Source: an uncultured Clostridia bacterium
Lineage (GTDB): Bacteria > Bacillota > Clostridia > TANB77 > CAG-508
NCBI GenBank assembly: GCA_947623725.1
Contig: CANQHI010000014.1
Span: 1-29,971, forward strand
Length of the DNA stretch: 29,971 bases
Direction of reading: 5' to 3'
Below, piece after piece: positions 1 to 8,010 of the stretch; within the stretch, counting starts at the first letter, position 1, and each line of letters opens with the position of its first letter. The notes below the pieces were generated by a model that worked only from the letters and a program-made list of their open reading frames with translations, did not search any database and was not told the DNA's origin. The position numbers were made by a program, and so were the translations under genes.

Positions 1-1
1 T

Positions 2-151
2 CAAGATACATTAAATAGAGAAGCTGAACCACTTTTAAAAATAAAAGATGCTTATCCTAAAATTATAATAGCAAGGACAAAGCACGAAAATTATCAATAC
101 GAAGGAATACAAATATATGATATTGCTAATTGGCTTGCAAATGTGAGTTAA
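2..151 (+). CDS. 3' end of a gene that starts upstream of the window; tail resembles the C-terminus of DUF4143-type AAA ATPases
   Basis: Open frame from position 2 to TAA at 149-151, translating [49 protein letters not shown]. The family call rests only on my memory of similar 49-aa tails. Confidence 0.35.
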   Translation, partial: QDTLNREAEPLLKIKDAYPKIIIARTKHENYQYEGIQIYDIANWLANVS

Positions 152-176
152 ATAAATTTGAGGCGGAGGTTTATAT

Positions 177-638
177 ATGAAAGAAAGAATTGCTCATTTG
201 AATTCTACAGTTTGTTATTTAAAGAAAAATAATAAAACTTTAATGATAAAATTTAAAAAAAAGTGGGGACAGGTTTATGCTCCTCCAGGTGGAAAATTCG
301 AAAGTGGAGAAACACCTATAGACTGTATAATAAGAGAATTTAAAGAAGAAACAGGATTAACTTTAATTAATCCAAAACTCCAAGGAATATCTTATTGGCA
401 TGATTCAACTGAAGGAATGATATTTGTATATACCGCTGAAGAATATAAAGGAGAATTAACTGTAACTTCTTCAGAAGGAGAATTAAAATGGATAAAGATA
501 GACGATTTATTATTAATAAAACAATTTGAGCAAAACGAAAAATTTACACCATACCTGTTTAAAGAAGAATTATTTGAAGGAAAGTTTTTATTAAATGATA
601 AATGTGAAGTTTTAGAATATGAAATAAGGAAAATGTAA
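177..638 (+). CDS. NUDIX (MutT-family) hydrolase
   Basis: 153-aa ORF with SD GGAGGT 6 nt upstream of ATG 177. Complete Nudix box GGKFESGETPIDCIIREFKEETGL (GX5EX7REUXEEXGU). Confidence 0.85.
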   Translation: MKERIAHLNSTVCYLKKNNKTLMIKFKKKWGQVYAPPGGKFESGETPIDCIIREFKEETGLTLINPKLQGISYWHDSTEGMIFVYTAEEYKGELTVTSSEGELKWIKIDDLLLIKQFEQNEKFTPYLFKEELFEGKFLLNDKCEVLEYEIRKM

Positions 639-791
639 AAATAATAACTTTATATGAGAGATAAATTACAATTTGTGCTATATAGATAAATAATTTATAA
701 GAGGTGCATAAAATGAAACGACAATCATATTTAAGTGTTAGAATATCAATGACAATTTTATTTGATATATTGATAAAAGGGAGAATTGAGT

Positions 792-1241
792 ATGCAGGAA
801 TATTTTGATAAAGCAATAGAACTTGCTAGGTTAGGAGTTAAAAATTTAGAAGGTGGTCCATTTGGAGCAGTTGTTGTTAAATATAATAAAATAATTGGTT
901 ATGGAAATAATAAAGTATTAAAAGAAAAGGATCCAACGGCACATGCTGAAATAATTGCTATTCGTGATGCATGTAAAAGATTAAATACTTATGATTTAAC
1001 TGATTGTGTTATTTATTCCACTAGTGAACCTTGTCCTATGTGCTTATCAGCAATTATTTGGTCTAATATTAAAGAAATTTATTTTGCAACTAATAGAAGA
1101 GAAGTTGCAAAAATAGGATTTAGAGATGATATGATATATAATTATTTAGAAAATAAAGAGAAAGATATTTTAGAAATTCATCAGATAGAAAATAAAAAAT
1201 GCCAAGAACTACTTGAAAGTTATAATCATGAACTTTATTAA
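792..1241 (+). CDS. guaD: Guanine deaminase (CDA-fold zinc deaminase, Bacillus GuaD type)
   Basis: Zinc motifs HAEIIAIRDA and PCPMCLSAI. GGPFGAVVVK...DPTAHAE...SEPCPMCL...GFRDDMIY is colinear with B. subtilis GuaD as I recall it. ATG 792 lies 8 nt after AAGGGAGA, so the TTG 786 start in the ORF track is less likely. Confidence 0.75.
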   Translation: MQEYFDKAIELARLGVKNLEGGPFGAVVVKYNKIIGYGNNKVLKEKDPTAHAEIIAIRDACKRLNTYDLTDCVIYSTSEPCPMCLSAIIWSNIKEIYFATNRREVAKIGFRDDMIYNYLENKEKDILEIHQIENKKCQELLESYNHELY

Positions 1242-1370
1242 AGATTTCCTAGAGTATATACACATGGTAGAGTTCCTATTAGTGAAAATAGAATTGTTAA
1301 TTATGATGGATATACTGTTACTATTTCTTATATTGACCATATAACAGCCCTAAATGTGATACCAAAATGA
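1242..1370 (+). pseudogene. Short relic resembling the conserved core of an IS91-family (Y2, rolling-circle) transposase
   Basis: The start-less frame reads RFPRVYTHGRVPISENRIVNYDGYTVTISYIDHITALNVIPK*. This resembles the YLxRYxxRPPIAxSRIxxYDGxxVTFxYxDH block of Y2 transposases. Only 43 codons, no start codon, ends in TGA. Confidence 0.3.
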
Positions 1371-1418
1371 ACTTTGTCCTCTGTATAAACTAAGAAAGGA
1401 GTTTTCCTATTATAAAAT

Positions 1419-1462
1419 AAAAATTATACATATTGTTAAAATATGTATAATTTTTTTGATTT
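1419..1462 (+). terminator. AT-rich hairpin plus T-run; candidate intrinsic terminator after guaD
   Basis: Perfect 15-bp arms aaaaattatacatat (1419-1433) and atatgtataattttt (1441-1455) with a 7-nt loop, followed by ttgatttttt. The stem is almost all A-T, so it is weak. Confidence 0.35.
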
Positions 1463-1558
1463 TTTATATATATTTATTGAAAATGTATAAAATTTATGAT
1501 ATTTTATATATAAAGGAGGTTAAAAAATGAAGTTGGAAACATTACCATATAAAAATTT

Positions 1559-2758
1559 TTAATCAGGAATTGTACTTAGACAATCCTTTAAATAATATTT
1601 CCCATTGCTACCTTTATCTTTTGTGAGTTCTCTTGTATCTAAATCATTAAAATGCCACCATTCAGAAGCTAGAGGAGTAAGACCACAAGATGTAAAATAA
1701 TTTTGTAATTTTTTTGCATTTTCATTCATAGAAGAAGCAAGTTTTGCGTTTTTCCATGCTGTTTTAGATTTGCTATCTACTGGAGATGTAAATGTTGCAG
1801 CAGAACGACTTAATTCATGCATTTGAGTAGGCATTTTATATTCATCATATTTTGTTACATTTATATATGTATATTGTCCACATTTTTTATATTCTTTATC
1901 TTGTACTTTAGCAAGACTAACATCAAGAGCAACACCTCTTTGATGATTAGAAAGCTGAACAGCTATAAACCAACTTTTATCCCAAGGTGGAGTAGTAATT
2001 CCTTTTTTTACAGTTTCATTTTCTTCCATTAAAGCAGAAAGTGAATCAGATACTTTCATTTGAACTTCATAAGGTCTATAAGTTTCATATATTTTCAAGC
2101 AATCTCCATTTTCAAGGGCTTTTTCTTGAACTTGTGCTATTTTTTTTGTCATTGGATAAAGCAAAGGCATGATATATTCATCTTGATCTAATCTTTCATT
2201 ATGCATAAAAACATTATATAATTTTTTTCCAGTTATATCTTCTAAAGAATATCCAGAAGATCTAAATATTGACTTATAACTATTGGTATCATCATATATA
2301 ATTGATGGAATAATATCTGGTAAATTAACTAAGCAATACTTACTTTCAATATATCCTGTAGTAGAATCTTTTAGTTCTACTTTGAAATAATTATTAAATT
2401 CATCAATAATTTTAAAGGCTTGACCGGGCTCTAAGTTTTTTAAAATAGAAGAACCTTGTCCTTTATACAAAGGCAAAGAAACAGATGTAAATCCAGTTGA
2501 GCCAATAATAGGAAGTTCAAAATCACCTTCATATTTTGTCTCGTTGTATATTTCATCTAAAGATGTTGCATTTGGAAATTCTATATTTTGAATATTATTA
2601 GTAGTATCAACAACTATTCCATTAGTTACATCATTTTCTGTAGAACCAGTTGCGTGATTGGTTGATTGGGCTAAATTAGTAGTTTTTATATTAAAAATAA
2701 ACAATCCTCCAATTAAAATAAATAGGATAATTATTGTTATAATTAATAATTTTTTCAT
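1559..2758 (-). CDS. Membrane-anchored or exported M15 zinc peptidase (VanX-type D-Ala-D-Ala dipeptidase fold) with an SH3b domain
   Basis: 399-aa ORF with SD AGAAGGGGA upstream on the minus strand. Signal-anchor MKKLLIITIIILFILIGGLFIF. SH3b-like GQAFKIIDEFNNYFKVELKDSTTGYIESKY. M15 motifs YRPYEVQ, SNHQRGVALD (SxHxxGxAxD) and SEWWHF. Confidence 0.8.
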   Translation of the reverse strand: MKKLLIITIIILFILIGGLFIFNIKTTNLAQSTNHATGSTENDVTNGIVVDTTNNIQNIEFPNATSLDEIYNETKYEGDFELPIIGSTGFTSVSLPLYKGQGSSILKNLEPGQAFKIIDEFNNYFKVELKDSTTGYIESKYCLVNLPDIIPSIIYDDTNSYKSIFRSSGYSLEDITGKKLYNVFMHNERLDQDEYIMPLLYPMTKKIAQVQEKALENGDCLKIYETYRPYEVQMKVSDSLSALMEENETVKKGITTPPWDKSWFIAVQLSNHQRGVALDVSLAKVQDKEYKKCGQYTYINVTKYDEYKMPTQMHELSRSAATFTSPVDSKSKTAWKNAKLASSMNENAKKLQNYFTSCGLTPLASEWWHFNDLDTRELTKDKGSNGKYYLKDCLSTIPD

Positions 2759-2840
2759 TAAATTCCCCTTCTATATAAAATTAAATTTATGTTACAATTA
2801 TAACATACATATATTTTTTTTGCAAAATAAAAGAAATTAC

Positions 2841-2869
2841 TTGTATTTATCGATAGTAACATATATAAT
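2841..2869 (+). promoter_or_regulatory. Candidate sigma-A promoter for the first transglutaminase-like gene
   Basis: TTGTAT (2841-2846), 17-nt spacer, TATAAT (2864-2869), about 30 nt upstream of the start codon. Confidence 0.4.
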
Positions 2870-2897
2870 ATTAGGAAAATATTTGTAGGAGTATGTT

Positions 2898-4685
2898 TTG
2901 GATATGAAAGAGGAAAAATTACATAACAAAACAAAGGAAAAAAATACAAATAAAAAAGTAAATATAAAAGAAACTAAAAAAGACAATAAAGAAGATAAAA
3001 TAAAAAATACAATTAAAGACAAAAAAGCATTAAAAAATAAAACAAGAGAAGAATCAGACAAAAATAAAGAAGAAAATTTAAAACCAGATAGCCAAAGTAA
3101 AGAAAAAAATAAAAAAGTTATTACAAAAATACTAGCAATTATTTTTATAATAGCTATATTAATTGAAGCAATTTATGGTGGATATTTATTATTTGAAAAA
3201 TTTAAAAAAAAATTTAAAAGTATAAATGTAGAAATAGGAACTAGTGAAAAAGTCTCATTAAACGATTTTGTAATTGATACAAAATATTTAGATAATTCAC
3301 AACTAATTACAAATTTAGATGATGTAGATTATTCAAAAGTTGGAGAATATAAAGTCGTTCTATCGCATGATGGAAGAGAAGAAGAGGTTACATTAAATTT
3401 AGTAGATACAACTCCACCTGAAGTAAAATTTAAAAATATAGAGAAATATATAGACTATACAATAAATGCAGATGATTTTATAGAAGAAAAAAATGACTTA
3501 TCTGAAATGCAAGTTGAAGTAGTAGATGTTCCAGAGATAACTGAATTTAAAGATTATGATATAAAAGTAAGAGTAAAAGATATATATGGCAATGAAACAA
3601 GAAATATATGCAAGCTATATGTAAAATGGATCAAAGATGAATTTGCTATGGAAAAAGGATATGAACTTTCAAGAGAAGATTTATTATTTAATGTAGAAGC
3701 AGATAAAGATTTGCTAGATGATGCTCGTTTAAAAGAGATTACAAATTCAGAAATTGGTGACTATGAAATAAAAACAACTAAAGATGGAATTGAAAAAACA
3801 ACTATAATAAAAATTACTGATTTAACTCCACCAACTTTAGTATTAAAAGATATATCAATATATGATGATGAGAGAATAAGTGGAAAAGATAGTTTTATTG
3901 TAAGTGCAACAGATGCATCTGGAGAAGTCACAACTACAATGAAAACGGAGCTTGATTATAATAAATTAGGAACACAACAAGTTATAATAGAAGCAGTTGA
4001 TAAATATGGAAATAAAACAGAACAAACTGCTAATTTTACAAGACATAAAGATACAATTGGACCAGTATTTTCAGGACTTTCTGATATAACAGTAAGCAAA
4101 GGTGCTACAATTAATTATGAGCAGGGAGTTAGTGCAAGAGATGCAAAAGATGGTGCTTGTAGTTTTTCAGTTGATTCAAGTGGTGTAAATACAAGTGCAG
4201 CAGGAACATATTATGCAACATATACTTCTAGTGATACAAAAGGAAATAAAACGACTAAAAAAAGAAAAATTTCAGTAAAACATAATCAAGCTGATGTTGA
4301 TGCATTAGTAAAAAACATTGCATCTAGTATAGGTAGTAATGTTGAAGAAATAAGAGATTATTGCAGAAATAAAATTTCTTATGGTCACAGTTATGGAGAT
4401 GGAGATCCAGTTTGGTATGGATTTAACAATTGGACAGGAAATTGCTATGTTCATGCAATGTGTTTCCAAGCATTATTAAGAGTCAAAGGATATGAAACTC
4501 AATTAATTTGGGTTACTAACAAAACTCACTATTGGAACTTAGTAAAATTAAACGGAGTATGGAGACACATGGATTCAACACCGGATAGAAATCATAGAAA
4601 AATTAGTATAATGACTGATGCGCAAAGATTATCTACTTTAAGCGGAAGAGATTGGGATCATTCAGCTTGGCCAGCAGCTAATTAA
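2898..4685 (+). CDS. Single-pass membrane protein: Lys/Glu-rich cytoplasmic tail, Ig-like repeats, C-terminal transglutaminase-like (papain-fold) domain; paralogue 1
   Basis: 595-aa ORF. TTG 2898 lies 6 nt after TAGGAG (ATG 2904 is the alternative). Lys/Glu-rich N-terminal ~75 aa and one TM (ILAIIFIIAILIEAIYGGYLLF). Modules open with DTTPPEV, DLTPPTL and DTIGPVFSG (DUF5011/HYR-like Ig folds from memory). Cys-His-Asp core: GNCYVHA (Cys codon 4443-4445), HYWNLV, HMDST. Confidence 0.8.
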   Translation: MDMKEEKLHNKTKEKNTNKKVNIKETKKDNKEDKIKNTIKDKKALKNKTREESDKNKEENLKPDSQSKEKNKKVITKILAIIFIIAILIEAIYGGYLLFEKFKKKFKSINVEIGTSEKVSLNDFVIDTKYLDNSQLITNLDDVDYSKVGEYKVVLSHDGREEEVTLNLVDTTPPEVKFKNIEKYIDYTINADDFIEEKNDLSEMQVEVVDVPEITEFKDYDIKVRVKDIYGNETRNICKLYVKWIKDEFAMEKGYELSREDLLFNVEADKDLLDDARLKEITNSEIGDYEIKTTKDGIEKTTIIKITDLTPPTLVLKDISIYDDERISGKDSFIVSATDASGEVTTTMKTELDYNKLGTQQVIIEAVDKYGNKTEQTANFTRHKDTIGPVFSGLSDITVSKGATINYEQGVSARDAKDGACSFSVDSSGVNTSAAGTYYATYTSSDTKGNKTTKKRKISVKHNQADVDALVKNIASSIGSNVEEIRDYCRNKISYGHSYGDGDPVWYGFNNWTGNCYVHAMCFQALLRVKGYETQLIWVTNKTHYWNLVKLNGVWRHMDSTPDRNHRKISIMTDAQRLSTLSGRDWDHSAWPAAN

Positions 4686-4755
4686 AAAAATAATATTAAA
4701 TTTATTATAAAATAAAAAAATTTATAGTATATGAATAAACTGTAGGAGTTTTATT

Positions 4756-6624
4756 ATGAGTAAAAATTCAAAGGAAAAATCAATTAAAGCAAAAAAATTA
4801 AATAATAAAGAAGATGAAGAAAAACAAGATATAAAACAAGATGACGAAGAAAACAAATTAAAAGCTAAAACAGAAAATGAAACGAAAAACAAAATAGAAG
4901 ATGAAGTAGAAAATGAAATAGACAACAAAGCAGAAGACAAAACAAAAAATGAAAAAGAAAAAAAGAAAGAAAATAATAAGAAAAATAAAGATAATAAAGA
5001 CAATGAGAATGAACTCAAGAAAGAAGATACAAAAGAAAATAAATTAGTGAAGAGAATAATTTGGGTTATAGTAATAGTTGCTATTATAATTGAGCTTATA
5101 TATGGTGGATATTTACTATACGAAAAATTTAAGAACAAATTTCATAATATTGAAATTGAAATAGGTTCAGTTACAGAAATAAGAATGGAAGATTTTTTAA
5201 TAGATGAAAAATATAAAGAAGATTCTGTAATGCACACTGATTTAAGTAATATTGATTTAAAAAAAGTAGGAGAATATAAAGTAAAGCTCTCTCATGATGA
5301 AAAAGAGGAAGAAGTTACTTTAAAGTTAGTTGACACAACTCCACCAGAGGTTGAATTTCAAGATTTAAATAAATATATTGATTATAATTTATCAGCAGAT
5401 GATTTTATAGTAAAAAAAGAGGACTTGTCTGAAATGGAAACAGGTATTATTAATCCTCCAAAGCTTGATAAATTTGGAGACTATAATATTACAGTTGGAG
5501 TTAAAGATATATATGGAAACATGACAACTAAAGTTTGCAAACTTTACTTAAGATGGATAAAGGAATCACTTTCTATAGAGAGAGGTCAAGAAATAAAGAA
5601 AGAGGATTTGCTATATAATGCAGAAATTGATGGAAATTTACTAGATGAAAACCGATTAAAGGAAATAGCTAATTCTGATATTGGAGATTATGAAGTTGAA
5701 ACTTCAAAAGATGGTGTAACAGTAAAAACAAAGATTAAAGTAACAGACTTAACTCCTCCAAATTTAGAAGTAAAAAATATTTCTATATATGATGATGAAG
5801 TAAGTACTTTAAATGGAAAGGATAGTTTTATTGTAAGTACATCTGATGCATCAGGTGAAGTTACTACTAATTTAAAAACAGAACTTAATCTTTCAAATAT
5901 TGGAACACAAGATGTAGTTATAGAAGCAATTGATAAATATCTAAATAAAACAGAAAAAACAGCAACATTAACGATTATGAAAGATACAAAAGGACCAGTC
6001 ATTTCTGGACTTTCACAAATTACAATCCAAAGAGGAGGAAGCATAAATTTAAGAAGTGGAGTTTCAGCAAGAGATGACAGAGATGGAGGCTGCGATTTTC
6101 AAGTTGATGATAGCAAAGTTGACACTAATACAGCAGGAACATACTATGCAACATATACATCAAAAGATAAAAGAGGAAATACTACTACAAATAAAAGAAA
6201 AATTGTAGTAAATCACAATCAAGAAGATACTAATAATAAATTTAATGAATACTACAATCAAAATTTAGCAGGAAAAAGTGTTCTTGACATTGTTCAAACT
6301 ATAAGAAATGGAATTAGATATAATAGTAACTGGGGTGGAGATGATCCAATTTGGTATGGACTAACAAATAGAGTAGGAAATTGTTATGTTCACGCATTAC
6401 TAGTTAAAAAAGCATTAGATAAAAAAGGTGTATCTAATATACTTGTCCATACAACAGATAATTCGCATTATTGGAATTTGGTAAATGAAGGTGGAAGATA
6501 TAGACACTATGATTCAACTCCAGGAAGCCATATTGTTGGACCAGCGACAGACGAAGAAAAATATACAAGTGCAGGAATGAGAGGAAGAAACTGGGATAGA
6601 AATGCATATCCTAAGGCAGAGTAG
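4756..6624 (+). CDS. Single-pass membrane protein with Lys/Glu-rich tail, Ig-like repeats and C-terminal transglutaminase-like domain; paralogue 2
   Basis: 622-aa ORF. ATG 4756 lies 7 nt after TAGGAG, the same tgtaggagt context as paralogue 1. Same architecture and roughly half identical residues to 2898-4685 by eye. TM IIWVIVIVAIIIELIYGGYLLY. Core motifs GNCYVHA (Cys codon 6382-6384), HYWNLV, HYDST. Confidence 0.8.
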   Translation: MSKNSKEKSIKAKKLNNKEDEEKQDIKQDDEENKLKAKTENETKNKIEDEVENEIDNKAEDKTKNEKEKKKENNKKNKDNKDNENELKKEDTKENKLVKRIIWVIVIVAIIIELIYGGYLLYEKFKNKFHNIEIEIGSVTEIRMEDFLIDEKYKEDSVMHTDLSNIDLKKVGEYKVKLSHDEKEEEVTLKLVDTTPPEVEFQDLNKYIDYNLSADDFIVKKEDLSEMETGIINPPKLDKFGDYNITVGVKDIYGNMTTKVCKLYLRWIKESLSIERGQEIKKEDLLYNAEIDGNLLDENRLKEIANSDIGDYEVETSKDGVTVKTKIKVTDLTPPNLEVKNISIYDDEVSTLNGKDSFIVSTSDASGEVTTNLKTELNLSNIGTQDVVIEAIDKYLNKTEKTATLTIMKDTKGPVISGLSQITIQRGGSINLRSGVSARDDRDGGCDFQVDDSKVDTNTAGTYYATYTSKDKRGNTTTNKRKIVVNHNQEDTNNKFNEYYNQNLAGKSVLDIVQTIRNGIRYNSNWGGDDPIWYGLTNRVGNCYVHALLVKKALDKKGVSNILVHTTDNSHYWNLVNEGGRYRHYDSTPGSHIVGPATDEEKYTSAGMRGRNWDRNAYPKAE

Positions 6625-6663
6625 GAAGAGCAAATGCATATTCTAAAGCAGAATAGAAGGAGC
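6600..6663 (+). repeat. Imperfect 32-nt tandem duplication covering the last codons and stop of paralogue 2
   Basis: Unit 1 (6600-6631) is aaatgcatatcctaaggcagagtaggaagagc. Unit 2 (6632-6663) is aaatgcatattctaaagcagaatagaaggagc. There are 5 mismatches. Unit 2 still reads NAYSKAE-stop in its own frame and supplies the AAGGAG SD of the MBOAT gene. Confidence 0.8.
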
Positions 6664-6673
6664 AAGTGCAATT

Positions 6674-7954
6674 ATGAATATACTTATTTTACTATTAAGT
6701 GTAATAATTTATGCAAGTTTTGGACCTATTAATTTATTATACATATTATTTAGTAGTATAACTAGTTTTTTAACTGCTAAATATACAAAAGATAAAAATA
6801 GAAAGTTAATATTTGGAATTACTATTGTAGTTAATTTAGCAATTTTAATATTCTTTAAAGTAGGTACTTATTCTGGACTTTTTGGAATTCCTGCTGAAAA
6901 TATAATTGCTCCAATAGGAGTTTCTTACTATACTTTGCAAATTATATCTTATTTAGTAGATGTATGTAAGAAAAAATATGAACCTCAAAAAAGCTTGGTT
7001 AAATATTTAATGTATGTAATTTATATTCCATATTTGATTATAGGACCTATTAATAGATATGATGATATTTCAAAAAGTTTATATGAAAAAAAGCATTGGG
7101 ATACAAATAGAATTTTAAATGGAATAATAAGAGTTTGTTGGGGATTATTTAAAAAGTATTTAATTGCTGGAAGAATAGCAATGATTATATCTGTGATTAC
7201 TGGAAATGCAGCAGAATTTACTGGCGCTTATGCATTATTTGCAATGCTTCTATATTCAATTGAAATATATGCAGATTTCAGCGGTGGAATTGATATGGTA
7301 ATTGGTGTTTCAAAAATGTTTGGAATAGAAGTAAAAGAAAATTTTGATTCACCATATTTATCAGAAAATCTAAAGGAGTTTTGGAGAAGATGGCATATTG
7401 GACTTAGCTCATGGCTTAGAGATTATGTATATATACCACTTGGTGGAAATAGAAAAGGAACACTACGAACTAAATTAAACTTAATTATTACATTTGTTGT
7501 ATCAGGACTTTGGCATGGAGCAAATTATATTTTGTGGGGATTATTTCATGGAGTTTTGGTATGTGTATCAAAATGTTTAACTACAAAATCTAAAACTTTA
7601 AATAGAATAATTAATTATTTAATAATATCAATTCTGTGGGCATTTTTCATTTGGCCATCAACTATGACAGCTCTAAGTATGATAGGTTCAATTTTTACAA
7701 CATTTAATTATTCTAGTTTATTTGCAAATCTTTTAAACTTTAATTTGGATTTAGCTAATATAATAGTTTTAATTGTTTCAACTATTATGCTTATAATTTT
7801 TGATGTAAAAAAAGACAAGATTATATCAAAAATAAAAAATATGAAAATAGAAACTAAAATACTTTTAATTGGTATATTAATTATGATTGTTCTAGTATTT
7901 GGAATATATGGAATAGGATTTAATGTAAATGAATTTATTTACAGCAAATTTTAG
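6674..7954 (+). CDS. MBOAT-family membrane O-acyltransferase (AlgI/DltB/PatA type)
   Basis: 426-aa polytopic ORF. Signature FWRRWHIGLSSWLRDYVYIPLGGNRKG and catalytic-His block SGLWHGANY (His codon 7514-7516). Confidence 0.85.
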   Translation: MNILILLLSVIIYASFGPINLLYILFSSITSFLTAKYTKDKNRKLIFGITIVVNLAILIFFKVGTYSGLFGIPAENIIAPIGVSYYTLQIISYLVDVCKKKYEPQKSLVKYLMYVIYIPYLIIGPINRYDDISKSLYEKKHWDTNRILNGIIRVCWGLFKKYLIAGRIAMIISVITGNAAEFTGAYALFAMLLYSIEIYADFSGGIDMVIGVSKMFGIEVKENFDSPYLSENLKEFWRRWHIGLSSWLRDYVYIPLGGNRKGTLRTKLNLIITFVVSGLWHGANYILWGLFHGVLVCVSKCLTTKSKTLNRIINYLIISILWAFFIWPSTMTALSMIGSIFTTFNYSSLFANLLNFNLDLANIIVLIVSTIMLIIFDVKKDKIISKIKNMKIETKILLIGILIMIVLVFGIYGIGFNVNEFIYSKF

Positions 7955-8010
7955 ATTGCATTTTAGCTAATTTTAATGTGCAATATCTAAATCAAGGAAA
8001 GAGATATAAA

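Noticed and set aside
639-791. Possible purine riboswitch upstream of the guanine deaminase gene.
   Set aside because: I could not find the conserved purine-riboswitch junction and loop sequences or a three-way-junction fold in this AT-rich spacer.
559-816. 85-aa minus-strand ORF bridging the NUDIX 3' end and the guaD start.
   Set aside because: It overlaps two well-supported + strand genes, has an Ile/Leu/Tyr-rich AT-bias composition, and has no SD.
3204-3212. A9 homopolymer just after the TM segment of paralogue 1, considered as a phase-variation switch.
   Set aside because: A-runs of 7-9 nt recur throughout this AT-rich window, for example in the glycosyltransferase gene near 23320. There is no evidence of length heterogeneity from a single sequence.
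4722-5138. 138-aa minus-strand ORF (with a similar one at 5688-6044) antisense to the transglutaminase-like paralogue 2.
   Set aside because: It is the mirror image of the A-rich Lys/Glu-coding region, with a Ser/Phe/Leu low-complexity translation and no SD. The + strand gene has clear domain content.
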